Shown: positions 23,079-33,180, numbered from the stretch's first letter. The stretch is 64,000 nucleotides of DNA from Deltaproteobacteria bacterium (GCA_021801125.1 JAJYYI010000127.1:3835-67834); one strand, 5' to 3'. Made by a program: numbers and translations. The notes: generated by a model from the letters alone, not told the origin.

Positions 23079-24236
23079 ATGGAACCCTTTCGCGAACTAA
23101 TCTTATTTTGCGTTTTCGTATCAACGATCTATTACGTGATAACGTGCATTACGGGCATTCTATTCGCCCGCCAAGCCGTTTCGCCCTTACCACCCCTTCC
23201 TGATCCGCCGCCTCACGCTCTCGTGCTTCGTCCGCTTCACGGCTACAGCGAAAATATGCTGTGTAACGCGCGCAGCCTTCTAGAGTTGGACTATCTGAAC
23301 AAAACGACCATTTTCGGAGCGACCTCAGAAAAGGACGGTTCAACACAGATCGTGAGGGCCCTGACGCAGGAGCAGCCGTCCGCCAACGTGATCGGAACCG
23401 TAGGCCAGGCGGAAGCGGGCAACCCCAAGATGGGCAAGCTCATTTCGATGCTGCGTGATGCACCGGACGCCGACGTGATCGTCATGCTTGACGCGGACGG
23501 GAGAGTTGCGCCGAACCTTCTTCGCCGCGTCATCGGCGAGCTCTACGAAGATGACGGCGTCGGCGCCGTGACCTGTATATTTTCCGGCACGCCCGGCAGG
23601 CGGGAGATAGGAGCGCATCTCGAGGCGCTTTTAATCAACACGGACTTTGCGCCGACGGCGATGCTGTCAAAATTCATCGAGCCCACCCGCTACGCCTTTG
23701 CCGCCTGCATCGCAATCAAGAGAAATGTGCTTCGCGCGATAGGCGGGATCGAAGCGCTCCGAGACAACTTCGGAGACGACATCGTCTTGGGTTACAAGGT
23801 TGCGGCGGCGGGCTATAGAGTCAGAATCTCGAACGCGCTGGTCACCACGATAACCGAGGAAAAAACTCTGGTCGACTTTCTGCGTCATCAAATCCGCAGT
23901 TGGCGCGTGGATCGCCGACTGCGTCCGATAAGCCTTGGACGAATCCTTATCAATGGATGCTTCTGGGCAGTGATGCTGCTGCTCTTTTCGGGGCTGCATG
24001 CGGGCTCGGTGACGCTGGCCGCGCTCGTCGTCGGCGTTCGGCTCGCCACCAGCATCGCCATCATCAGGAATGTGCTTGGGGTACCGCTGGAAAAAAGAGA
24101 CTTGTTTCTCATACCGTTTAAGGATCTGCTGATGGCCGGAGTTTGGGGGGCGAGCCTTTTCGGCAACACGGTGCGATGGAGCGGACGGCGTTTACGTTTG
24201 GGAGCGAACGGAAAGATGCAGCAGGTAGAGTGTTAG
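23079..24236 (+). CDS. HpnI / ceramide glucosyltransferase-like glycosyltransferase (GT21/GT2 fold), divergent
   Basis: N-terminal TM; RPLHG, NPK, DAD, VGAVTC, IGG...DD, HQIRSW; C-terminal TMs and VRWSG as in HpnI-family proteins. Confidence 0.8.
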   Translation: MEPFRELILFCVFVSTIYYVITCITGILFARQAVSPLPPLPDPPPHALVLRPLHGYSENMLCNARSLLELDYLNKTTIFGATSEKDGSTQIVRALTQEQPSANVIGTVGQAEAGNPKMGKLISMLRDAPDADVIVMLDADGRVAPNLLRRVIGELYEDDGVGAVTCIFSGTPGRREIGAHLEALLINTDFAPTAMLSKFIEPTRYAFAACIAIKRNVLRAIGGIEALRDNFGDDIVLGYKVAAAGYRVRISNALVTTITEEKTLVDFLRHQIRSWRVDRRLRPISLGRILINGCFWAVMLLLFSGLHAGSVTLAALVVGVRLATSIAIIRNVLGVPLEKRDLFLIPFKDLLMAGVWGASLFGNTVRWSGRRLRLGANGKMQQVEC

Positions 24237-24359
24237 GCGGCGCGATCCCCGGGACGCGTTGGCGCCGCGTTGTGAGCCTTTTAGCAGCCGACTCGATCGT
24301 GCGCGCTCAACGGAAACCTGAAAGCTCGCCACGTCTTCCATCTCTCAAGGCTGCGAACG

Positions 24360-24396
24360 CGCGCCCTAGAGGCGTTGCGAACGCCTCTAGGGCGCG
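24360..24396. repeat. Perfect 17-bp inverted repeat with 3-nt loop
   Basis: CGCGCCCTAGAGGCGTT-GCG-AACGCCTCTAGGGCGCG; may act as the terminator of the sqdB-GT unit. Confidence 0.7.
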
Positions 24397-24559
24397 GCTG
24401 GATTTTTGCGGCAAACGGAGGTCCGGCGCGGCGGTCTTGACTAACCATGCTGTCGCGGCTTCCAATTGCCCGTAGACACGACTCGAAGGCTCATCAAGGC
24501 GAGAGCCAGGTCGAAGATCGGCGGCGCTACGACCTGGCAAGCTTTGCAGGCGGTAGAGG

Positions 24560-24895
24560 ATGGCAACTTTAATTACTGAGGAGTGCATCAACTGCGGGGC
24601 GTGCGAGCGTGAATGCCCCAATCACGCAATCTACGAAGGCGGCAAGGCCTGGGAGCTGAACGGCGGCAGCGGAACGCCGCTTAAAGAGGACATCTACTAC
24701 ATAGTTCCCGACAAGTGCACCGAGTGCGTCGGCTTCTTCCCGCGCGAGCAGTGCGCCGTGGTTTGTCCGGTCGATTGTTGCGTGCCCGACCCCAACATTC
24801 CTGAGACGGAGGGCGTGTTGATCGAACGCGCGAAAACACTCCATCCGGAGCTGACCTTCGACGGCGATTTTCCTTCGCGCTTTCGTAAATCCTGA
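24560..24895 (+). CDS. YfhL-family 2x[4Fe-4S] ferredoxin
   Basis: CINCGACERECPN and CTECVGF...QCAVVCPVDCC. Confidence 0.93.
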   Translation: MATLITEECINCGACERECPNHAIYEGGKAWELNGGSGTPLKEDIYYIVPDKCTECVGFFPREQCAVVCPVDCCVPDPNIPETEGVLIERAKTLHPELTFDGDFPSRFRKS

Positions 24896-25114
24896 ACGAA
24901 GCTCCGGATTGGCGCTGGAGTCGGTTGACCGCATCCTCAACCGATACCGTGCGCATCAAAATGCCGGAAGATGTTCGCGCCCGTGGCCACAAACGCTTGG
25001 CGACGCGCGGTCCGCGCAACCCGCGTCGAGCCCTTCGCAGCGGCGCGCCGTGGCGGCTCGATTCGCCCCACCCCTATGCGCGCGGCTTTGCTCCAGTGCC
25101 GGTCGCCACGTAAA

Positions 25115-26332
25115 ATGATTGCCGTGCGATTAAAGGACCGAACTATCGTGGTCGGCGTGACCGCGAGCATCGCCGCCTACAAGGCTGCGGAGTTGGTTCG
25201 CGTGCTCGTTGCGCGTGGCGCCAAAGTCAAGGTGATGATCACGCGAGGCGCCGCAGAGTTCATCGCGCCGCTCACGTTCCAAACGCTAAGCGGAAGCCCC
25301 GTCGCTTCCGACCTCTTCAGCCTTACTCAAGAGTCGGAAATAGGCCATATTCGACTGGCCGACATGGCCGACGCTATCGTTATCGCGCCGGCCAGCGCCG
25401 ATTTCATCGCCAAGGTCGCGCTGGGACTGGCTGATGACTTGCCGAGCACCGTGCTGCTCGCGACCCGATGTCCCGTCGCTTTCGCACCCGCGATGAACGT
25501 GCATATGTATCAGCACCCTGCGACGACCGAGAACTTAAATCGCCTGCGGGCTCGCGGCTGCGCGATTATCGAGCCCGAGCAAGGCTCGCTTGCTTGCGGA
25601 TACGAGGGAGTGGGACGGCTCGCTGAGCCAGCCGACATCGCCGACGAAGTCGAGCGCCTGGTCTGCGCGCGAGACCTGGCCGGCGAGCGCATATTGATCA
25701 CCGCCGGTCCCACGCAGGAGCCGATAGATCCGGTGCGCTTCGTATCTAATCGCTCGTCGGGCAAGATGGGATTCGCATTGGCGCGGGCCGCCTGGATGCG
25801 CGGCGCTGATGTGCGTCTGGTGGCAGGGCCTAGCGCGCAGCGCGCCGCGCGATCGGTCGAGCGGTTCGACGTGCGTCAAGCGAGCGAGATGCTGGATTTG
25901 ACGGCGCGAAACTTTCCTTGGTGCACCACGTTGATCATGGCTGCCGCGGTGGCTGATTTCCGCCCCACCAAGCCGGCTGCGCGAAAAATAAAAAAACGAG
26001 CTGACGGCCTGACGCTTACGCTGGAGCCGATCGCGGATGAGTTGCCTAATCTAGCCCAAAAAAAGGGCGCGCGGCTCATGGTGGGCTTCGCCGCCGAGAC
26101 CGACTCGTTGCGCGAAAACGCGCTTAAGAAACTGCGCGAAAAAAATCTCGACTTGATAGTAGGCAACGACGTGTCGCAGCAAGGCGCCGGCTTCGGCACA
26201 GACACTAATATCGTGACTATCACAGACCGCGAAGGGCTCACCGAGAATTATCCGATGATGTCTAAAGACGACGTCGCGCACGTAATCCTCGACTGGGTAG
26301 TTCGGATGCGTCGGGCTAGAGAAGGGCCGTAG
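25115..26332 (+). CDS. coaBC: Bifunctional phosphopantothenoylcysteine decarboxylase/ligase
   Basis: [53 protein letters not shown]. Confidence 0.96.
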   Translation: MIAVRLKDRTIVVGVTASIAAYKAAELVRVLVARGAKVKVMITRGAAEFIAPLTFQTLSGSPVASDLFSLTQESEIGHIRLADMADAIVIAPASADFIAKVALGLADDLPSTVLLATRCPVAFAPAMNVHMYQHPATTENLNRLRARGCAIIEPEQGSLACGYEGVGRLAEPADIADEVERLVCARDLAGERILITAGPTQEPIDPVRFVSNRSSGKMGFALARAAWMRGADVRLVAGPSAQRAARSVERFDVRQASEMLDLTARNFPWCTTLIMAAAVADFRPTKPAARKIKKRADGLTLTLEPIADELPNLAQKKGARLMVGFAAETDSLRENALKKLREKNLDLIVGNDVSQQGAGFGTDTNIVTITDREGLTENYPMMSKDDVAHVILDWVVRMRRAREGP

Positions 26333-26439
26333 GCGCCGGTTGCCTCGTCGTCGGCCTGAACGCGGCCATAGCCAACCGCTTCGCACGAAGCTTGCCGGCG
26401 TCAACGCGGCCGGTCGTTCCCACCCCTCGGAGGAATCGC

Positions 26440-27600
26440 ATGGGCAAGGTTGCCAGACATCTCGACACGCTCCTCGTACACGCCGGTGAGCCCTCCCCGC
26501 TCATCGAAGGCGCCGTCGGTATCCCGATCTTCCAGTCGTCGACTTACCAATACCGGGGCGAGTCGAGTCACGACACGGCTCGTTATGTGCGGCTTAGCAA
26601 CACTCCGAATCATATCGCGCTGCATCGCAAACTAGCCGCCGTCGAGAACGCTGAAGCGGCCCTCGTGACGGCTTCAGGGATGGCAGCGATTTCGACCACT
26701 CTGCTCGCGCTACTGCGTCCGGGCGATCATATCCTGGCGCAAGATTGTCTCTACGGCGGCACTCACGCCCTGATGTTCGCGGAGTTTCCGCGCTTGAACA
26801 TCGAAGTTGACCTTATCGATGGCGACGCCCCGACTTCGTGGGCGGCGCGAGTTAAGTCGAACACGCGGGCGATCTACGTGGAGACTATATCGAATCCGCT
26901 GATGCAGGTGCCCGACCTCAAGGCCGTTGCGAGTTTCGCGCGCGAACGACGACTGATTTCGATAATCGATAACACCTTCGCCAGCCCGGTTAACTTCCGC
27001 CCCGCAGAGCACGGCTTTGATCTTTCGCTGCATAGTGCCACAAAGTACCTTAACGGCCATTCAGACGTCGTCGCGGGCGCGGTCATCGGCCACGCGGCCC
27101 TGGTTGAGAGGATCAGTCACCTGCTGACTCGTCTCGGCGGCTCGCTCGATCCACATGCCTGTTTTCTGGTGCATCGCGGGATGAAGACGCTGGGCGTGCG
27201 CATGCGCCATCAAAATGAAGCTGCCCTGCGCATCGCGCGTTTTCTTGAGCAGCATCCAAAGGTGGCCACAGTGAACTATCCCGGGCTTGAGAACCACCCC
27301 CGCCATCAACGAGCACGCGAGCTTTTCGACGGTTTCGGCGGGATGCTTTCGTTCGAAATCAAAGGCGGCGTTGAAGTCGCCGATCGCTTTTTAAGCAAAT
27401 TGGCACTGCCCATCTGCGCACCCAGCCTGGGTGGCGTGGAGAGCCTTATCACGCGACCCGCGACCACCTCGCACGCGGCCATGCCCGAGGCGGACCGGCA
27501 GCGCGCCGGTATCACCAACAGCCTGATTCGCTTTTCGGTCGGCCTGGAAGCCGCGGAAGACCTAATTGACGACTTCGCGAAAGCCCTGGCCGCTTGCTGA
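26440..27600 (+). CDS. Cys/Met metabolism PLP-dependent enzyme (cystathionine gamma-synthase/lyase family)
   Basis: IFQSSTY, SGMAAI, DNTFASP, HSATKYLNGHSD (PLP Lys), SLGGVESL. Confidence 0.93.
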   Translation: MGKVARHLDTLLVHAGEPSPLIEGAVGIPIFQSSTYQYRGESSHDTARYVRLSNTPNHIALHRKLAAVENAEAALVTASGMAAISTTLLALLRPGDHILAQDCLYGGTHALMFAEFPRLNIEVDLIDGDAPTSWAARVKSNTRAIYVETISNPLMQVPDLKAVASFARERRLISIIDNTFASPVNFRPAEHGFDLSLHSATKYLNGHSDVVAGAVIGHAALVERISHLLTRLGGSLDPHACFLVHRGMKTLGVRMRHQNEAALRIARFLEQHPKVATVNYPGLENHPRHQRARELFDGFGGMLSFEIKGGVEVADRFLSKLALPICAPSLGGVESLITRPATTSHAAMPEADRQRAGITNSLIRFSVGLEAAEDLIDDFAKALAAC

Positions 27601-27833
27601 TCAGAGGTCATCTAACGTTTCCTTACCTAGGCGGGCATCGGCCGATACACCTTCTCGTACCGTCGGCGAACCGCTATGCTTCGCAGCACAAGGCATCGCA
27701 TAGCCGCTCAAGGCGCACCGCCCGCGAGTCGCATCAAGCCGCTGAAGCCATTAAGCGGTTGCTCATTCCCGATCGGCCCGACGATTTTTTCGAAGCGTTG
27801 AATTAAAAATAAAGTACTAAGTCATTTGTGGGT

Positions 27834-29033
27834 ATGAAGATCGGGATCAATCTGTTAGGTCTGCGGCCGGCAATGATAGGCGGTGTGGAGACCTACATCC
27901 GCGGTCTTCTAGCAGGGTTGTGCCACGTCGACCATGATAACGAATACGTAATTTTTGCCAACCGCGACAACTATGCAACGTTTAGCGGCCTTGCCGAGAA
28001 CTTTCGGCTGGAACGATGCGAGTTCGCAGCGGGTTGGAGACCGTGGTCGCTATTTGTGACGCGTGTGCTAGGAGAACAGCTTTACCTCACTTGGCGCGCG
28101 GCGCGCGAGCAACTGGACGTGCTGCACTCCCCGCTGGACACGATCAGTCTGTTCGCCCCTTGCGCGACCGCGATGACGCTGCACGACATCAATTTCGACG
28201 CTGTTCCCGAGGCCACCACGGCCTTCCGCCGCCGGCTCGCTCGCATTTTGGTGAAGGCTTGCGCGCGCCACGCCACGGTTGTCTTAACCGTTAGCGAGTT
28301 CAGCCGGCGCGAGATTGTGCGCGAAATGGGCCTTGCGCCGGAACGCGTCAAGGTGACTTACAACGCTTCCGGAAGGGACAGGAGCGCCAGCGAGAATTAC
28401 TGGCCTGGATTGGCGCGCAAAATCAATCTGAGGCTGCCGTACATAATCGCTCTTAGTAGCCTTAACCCGCACAAGAATCTGGGCAGCCTGATCGCCGCCT
28501 TTGCCCGCCTGCGACCGGAGGGTCGTTGGCAATTGGTGGTAGTCGGCCATCTTCCGACGCGCGGCGTCTGCCTGCGTGAGTTGGCTCTCAGCTATGGGGT
28601 CGAACGCGCGGTGACCTTCACTGGCTACTTGAGCGACGGGGAACTGACTCTGGCGCTGAGGCACGCTCGGATGTTGGCATTCCCGTCGCTATACGAGGGA
28701 TTCGGCATACCGGTCATCGAGGCCATGAGCCTGGGAGTTCCGGTCGCGTGCTCGAACGCCGCAGCGCTGCCGGAAGTGACTGGCGGAGCGGCCCTGATGT
28801 TCAACCCGCGGGATCCCGCGGCAATCGCCTCGGCGATAAGCCGCCTGCTCACCGACGAGCGTCTGCGCGAGCGCCTGATCGCCGCCGGCTATAAGAACGC
28901 TCGACGCTTTTCCTGGTCGCGCACCTCCGAGCAAACGCTGGCCGCCTACCGCTACGCCTACGCGGCAAAAAATCGGCGCAGCCTACCTGTGGATCCTGCC
29001 GCTGCGCCAAGCCATCAGATGCAAGAACTGTGA
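27834..29033 (+). CDS. GT4-family glycosyltransferase (MtfB/WbpY-like)
   Basis: GGVETY, TLHD, VSEFS, HKN, FPSLYEGFGIPVIEAM. Confidence 0.9.
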   Translation: MKIGINLLGLRPAMIGGVETYIRGLLAGLCHVDHDNEYVIFANRDNYATFSGLAENFRLERCEFAAGWRPWSLFVTRVLGEQLYLTWRAAREQLDVLHSPLDTISLFAPCATAMTLHDINFDAVPEATTAFRRRLARILVKACARHATVVLTVSEFSRREIVREMGLAPERVKVTYNASGRDRSASENYWPGLARKINLRLPYIIALSSLNPHKNLGSLIAAFARLRPEGRWQLVVVGHLPTRGVCLRELALSYGVERAVTFTGYLSDGELTLALRHARMLAFPSLYEGFGIPVIEAMSLGVPVACSNAAALPEVTGGAALMFNPRDPAAIASAISRLLTDERLRERLIAAGYKNARRFSWSRTSEQTLAAYRYAYAAKNRRSLPVDPAAAPSHQMQEL

Positions 29034-29202
29034 CCCCTGAGGCGGGGAAACTACCGCCCAGCTCTCGGGCAAGCGGCAAGGCTTGAACGAGCGAGTGCGA
29101 GGTTCTCGTCAAGTCAACGGGCTTCCTTGAGCTTCAAAACGAACGTCCGACCTCGCGGGATCCTCGCTTCAAAACTGGCCTTTCCACGAAAGAGGCGTAG
29201 CC

Positions 29203-30798
29203 TCACGGTCGACCGCCAGCTAGAAATCCACGCGAGCGCAGTGTTGGGCCGCCGTTGGACATCCGCTTGACCTGCATCGGTTGGCCCTTGCCGCAATTGG
29301 GAATGGCGAACAGGCGAAGATCGTTGCCAGCCCCGTCCACGTTGAGAAAGAACCGTTTGCTGTCGGCGACCAGGCTGCCGGAGCGGTAGAGGCGGCCCAA
29401 GCGGCCGTGATCTATCTCGTAAACGCGGCGCGCCGAGATGCGGAAGTTTTCTCGTGACTCGGCAATGGACGGAATCATATGGCCGCACACGTAAAAACCT
29501 CGGTCAACCTCGCTTATGAGGTCTTCCGGTTTTTGCTCGCCGGCCATGAAGAACGTGTTTGACATTCTTATCAGCGGAACGAACCAAGCCTCGGTGGCAC
29601 GGACCGAGCCGTTAGCTCGCGCACCGAGGACCGCGGCGGTTGCTCGCGAGTGCAGAAAGTCGCGAAAAACGCCGCGCTCGATATGGACGGCGCGCTGGCC
29701 GGGCACGCCCTCGGCGTCGTAGCAGTAATGGCCGTAGGCTGGCAGCGTCGGGTCCGAGCAAGCCGAAACGAACCGCGAGCCGACGACCTGTCCTACCGCG
29801 TTGTCCTTAAGCGAACGTAAGAACCAGCTTCGACCGGCGTAGGCCGCTTCGCTCTTGAGCGCGCGGTCGGCTTCGCAAGGATGACCGACGATCTCATGCA
29901 CCAGGAGAGCGTTAAAATGCGGATCGGTTACCACGGTGACCTCGCCCTGGGGAGGCTTGAGGACCGGCGCTCGAGCAAGCTCGGTTGCCTCCTTGCCGAG
30001 CGAGGTGGCAAAGGTTGCCAAGTCCGGATTCGGCATCGGTCCCTCGGCCCAGCCTTGAAGCAGGCACTCTAGTCCCCGTTGTTGGCCGATCGTGTCATAA
30101 ATCTCCTGCACGCCGGAGCTGGCTTGCGCCACGACGTAACAGTCGCCTTGAGAGAAGGCGAAGGCCTGGGAAATCACCGTTCCCTCGCTGTCGAGAAATA
30201 GTTCATGGCGAAGCTCGGTGAGCACCGAGATTGAGTTGAAGGCGATGGAACAGCCGAGGCCGGCAGCGCTCGCCGAGGCATGGCGGCTCAATTCGCGCAC
30301 GGCTTTGCCGCCTACGACCAGCGGATCAAGCCGGAACACCGCGGGTAGTTCAGCCCGAACGGCCCTTGGGCCAGGCTCGGCCAAGTCAATCGAGCCTCGC
30401 GACGTCCCACTACCAAGCACTGAGCGGCGTTTGCGCTCCGTGGCGTCGATCGCAGCTCGCTCGTAAGCTTCCTCGAACCCGCCACTTAGCGCCGTCAAGA
30501 GTTGCTGCGGGCGGCCTGCCAGACGTCCCACCATCGCTCCGTACTGGCCACGGCCAAAAACCCTTTGGTCACGGTTATGAAGCACGTTCAGGCCGAAGCC
30601 CGCGTTCTCGCTTTCGGCGCTGCGCCGAACGATGCCGTCCTCGGCTTGCGCGCTAACCCTGAACGTCGCCTCAAAGCGCAACTCGGCGTGGGCCGCGCGC
30701 CGGCGTTTTACGATGGCGGCAAGCCAGTTCAGCCCCTCAGTCTTTAAGAACTCTATTGCTGCGAAGACATCCGTCGATTCCATGGTCGGTTTCATCAA
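29203..30798 (-). CDS. tldD: TldD-family metalloprotease
   Basis: HEIVGHPCEAD (HExxGH), YDAEG, PLIRMSNT, CGKGQP. Confidence 0.88.
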   Translation of the reverse strand: MMKPTMESTDVFAAIEFLKTEGLNWLAAIVKRRRAAHAELRFEATFRVSAQAEDGIVRRSAESENAGFGLNVLHNRDQRVFGRGQYGAMVGRLAGRPQQLLTALSGGFEEAYERAAIDATERKRRSVLGSGTSRGSIDLAEPGPRAVRAELPAVFRLDPLVVGGKAVRELSRHASASAAGLGCSIAFNSISVLTELRHELFLDSEGTVISQAFAFSQGDCYVVAQASSGVQEIYDTIGQQRGLECLLQGWAEGPMPNPDLATFATSLGKEATELARAPVLKPPQGEVTVVTDPHFNALLVHEIVGHPCEADRALKSEAAYAGRSWFLRSLKDNAVGQVVGSRFVSACSDPTLPAYGHYCYDAEGVPGQRAVHIERGVFRDFLHSRATAAVLGARANGSVRATEAWFVPLIRMSNTFFMAGEQKPEDLISEVDRGFYVCGHMIPSIAESRENFRISARRVYEIDHGRLGRLYRSGSLVADSKRFFLNVDGAGNDLRLFAIPNCGKGQPMQVKRMSNGGPTLRSRGFLAGGRP

Positions 30799-30999
30799 AG
30801 TGCAACCCTTTGCAGCATTAATCCCTAAAGCATTTTATATAGGCGTGATTCACGACCTTGGCCCTATCCGAAGCTCTCGGCCGGCCTTCTGCGATTGCTC
30901 TTGAATAAGATTCGACTCTGAAGCGTTCGTTCTTTTATCTTGATGGCGGCTTCTCCTAATCCTAGATTTCACATCAACGCTTATTTAAGGAGAGGCAAC

Positions 31000-31839
31000 A
31001 TGCAAGAAGCAACGGACTCTCTGATTGCCCGGCGAGATCTGCTTCGGATCGGGGCGCTTGCCGGTGTTGGCATGGCAACCCTGCTCGGAGGGCTTGGTGT
31101 CAGGCAGCCCCGGGCCCAAGGGATATCCAGTTACTGCAACTCATTCGGCAAAGCCGTCGGCCCCCACGACGCGTTGCAAGCGCTGATTGACGGGAATAAG
31201 CGCTGGGCAACGGGGATGCAAACACATCCGGGGGAAGATCCCTCGCAACGTGAGTGCAATGCCGAACACTTTCAGACGCCGTTCGCGGCGATTCTGTCGT
31301 GCGTCGATTCACGGGTTCCTCCGGCATTGATCTTCGATTGGGGCATCGGCGACCTGTTCGTGGCCCGCGTCGCCGGCAACAGCGTGGTGCCAATTCTCGA
31401 GGATAGCCTCAGATATGGCACAGAGAGCTTGGGGGCAGCGGTGCTGTTCGTTCTGGGCCATACTGCTTGCGGCGCTATCTCGGCTGCCGTCGATTATTAT
31501 TTACGGCAGCTTGCCGATAATCCTTACGAAGAGTCCATCCCCGAGTTTGCCCCTGCCGACCCCAGTTCGAAGGATTCCGGGGCCCCATCACCTGAATACG
31601 CATTCATACCGCCGATATTGCCAGCGGTTAAGGTCGCGCGCAGAATCGTTAAACAGCAGGGTGGCGACCCGAATGATCCCACGCAGGTGATTCCAGTCGC
31701 AACGAACCAACACGTTATTCTAACGGTTGAATACTTGAGTTCGCGGCCGCCTTTTCGGAGGCTAGTTAAGGACGACAAGCTTCTGGTCAAGGGTGGCGTA
31801 TACGATATAGGTACCTATTGGGTCACCGTTTTGATTTAG
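31000..31839 (+). CDS. Beta-class carbonic anhydrase with Tat signal peptide
   Basis: ARRDLLR twin-arginine signal; ALQALIDGNKR; CVDSRV; GDLFVARVAGN; GHTACGA. Confidence 0.92.
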   Translation: MQEATDSLIARRDLLRIGALAGVGMATLLGGLGVRQPRAQGISSYCNSFGKAVGPHDALQALIDGNKRWATGMQTHPGEDPSQRECNAEHFQTPFAAILSCVDSRVPPALIFDWGIGDLFVARVAGNSVVPILEDSLRYGTESLGAAVLFVLGHTACGAISAAVDYYLRQLADNPYEESIPEFAPADPSSKDSGAPSPEYAFIPPILPAVKVARRIVKQQGGDPNDPTQVIPVATNQHVILTVEYLSSRPPFRRLVKDDKLLVKGGVYDIGTYWVTVLI

Positions 31840-31871
31840 CGCGTCGACAAGGAGGGGGGGGCCTCAAACCG

Positions 31872-32342
31872 ATGATAGAGCAGAGACTACGTAGGTTGAG
31901 GAAAATTGCAAACTGGAAAAGTGCGCTGCACGGCGGCGTGGCATCCAAGGCTCGCCAACTGCCGCTGCTGACCGTCTTGTCGGTCTCTCTGCTCGCCCTT
32001 AGCGGATGTGTTACGGAAAACGCGTCTTTGCAGCAAGAGCGGCTCGAACTGGTGCGCGACCAAATCGAGCTTACCAAACTCCATATAGAACTGGCTAAGG
32101 CGGCGCTTGCAAGGTTGCAGTCCCAAACGCAACAAGACCAGGCGTTGGCCCAGGCTCGCCGGGCGGGCGCCGCTGACCTTCAGGCGCGGCGCACCGCGAC
32201 GGTCGTGCTCTTGCGGAATATCGCGCGCGAACAACGCGGGACTACCGGCAAGACCTACTCAAGCCTGGCCGACTGGGTCGAAGCGGGCGGCGACCCGGAC
32301 CGTGCTCTACAAGCTGCGCTGCCCAACGGAATTCCCAAGTAG
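31872..32342 (+). CDS. Hypothetical coiled-coil lipoprotein
   Basis: Lipobox LLALSGC followed by a heptad-like helical stretch; directly downstream of the carbonic anhydrase. Confidence 0.6.
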   Translation: MIEQRLRRLRKIANWKSALHGGVASKARQLPLLTVLSVSLLALSGCVTENASLQQERLELVRDQIELTKLHIELAKAALARLQSQTQQDQALAQARRAGAADLQARRTATVVLLRNIAREQRGTTGKTYSSLADWVEAGGDPDRALQAALPNGIPK

Positions 32343-32382
32343 CCCGCAAGCGGCGCCCGTTCCGATTCCCCGTGAAATCGGT

Positions 32383-33180
32383 TTACGGGAAAAACGGATA
32401 TCCCATCCCAGGGTAGAAGCCGCCCATCCCACCCCCGATAAAACCCAAGCCGATTATCGCGCCGATACCTAGCACCGGCAGCAGATAGTCGAGCCAAGAT
32501 CCCGACGGCGACCCACTTTGTTGGGGGAACTGCTGAGCCTGGTAGCTTTGCAGACTCCCCAACGAGCCCAGGCCGTTCGCCGGCAGGCTATTTTGGTTGG
32601 CGGCAAGGTAGGCGTTTTGCCCCGAAGTGGACGGCGTTCCCGCAGGCTGCTGGGGCTGCAGGTTCAAAAGCTCCGGTCGAACCTTTATCGCGTTTACTAT
32701 TTTGACGCTCGGGTCATCGAGCAGCCGCCGCACCTTGGCTTCCGCATCCGATTTCCCGTAGGGCGTGGCAACGAAGCCGTAGAGCGTTACCTCACGATCG
32801 CCGTATCGATCGCGCCGCACCTCGGCCCTGACCAGCGGCAGCCGGTTGTGTTCCAGGTAGCGGGTCAGCTCGTCGCTTTGCTCGACGACTGGCCCGCTGA
32901 GCACGATCGGCGCGGGAGCGGGACCTGACGACCCGGCCTGCGATAGCGTCTCGCTGGTACTTTGCGCCGTCGACTGCGCTCCGCCCGTCGCGGGAGAAGA
33001 AAACGCTGGCGGTGGAGCGTTCGGCGCAGACATCGTCGCGCAAGACTGCGTCGTAACGAGCAAAATCGCAAGCCAGACTGAAATCATTCGTCGCGCGCTC
33101 AGCCGCAAAGGGAGGAAAGCCTCAGGCAACACAACTTTTGACGCCCGGCAAGGGCCCCCTATTCGAGTCGAACGCTCCAC
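32383..33180 (-). CDS. Putative lipoprotein with BON-like domain and C-terminal TM helix
   Basis: Signal ending TTQSC; VTLYGFVATPYGKSDAEAKVR...IVNAIKV resembles BON; hydrophobic C-terminus. Start may be ATG 33087. Confidence 0.65.
   Translation of the reverse strand: MERSTRIGGPCRASKVVLPEAFLPLRLSARRMISVWLAILLVTTQSCATMSAPNAPPPAFSSPATGGAQSTAQSTSETLSQAGSSGPAPAPIVLSGPVVEQSDELTRYLEHNRLPLVRAEVRRDRYGDREVTLYGFVATPYGKSDAEAKVRRLLDDPSVKIVNAIKVRPELLNLQPQQPAGTPSTSGQNAYLAANQNSLPANGLGSLGSLQSYQAQQFPQQSGSPSGSWLDYLLPVLGIGAIIGLGFIGGGMGGFYPGMGYPFFP

Noticed and set aside
27834..29033. GT4 as the missing SqdX
   Set aside because: Motifs fit MtfB/WbpY-type polysaccharide transferases, and it is separated from the sqdB-GT pair by three unrelated genes. 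Not excluded, but unsupported.
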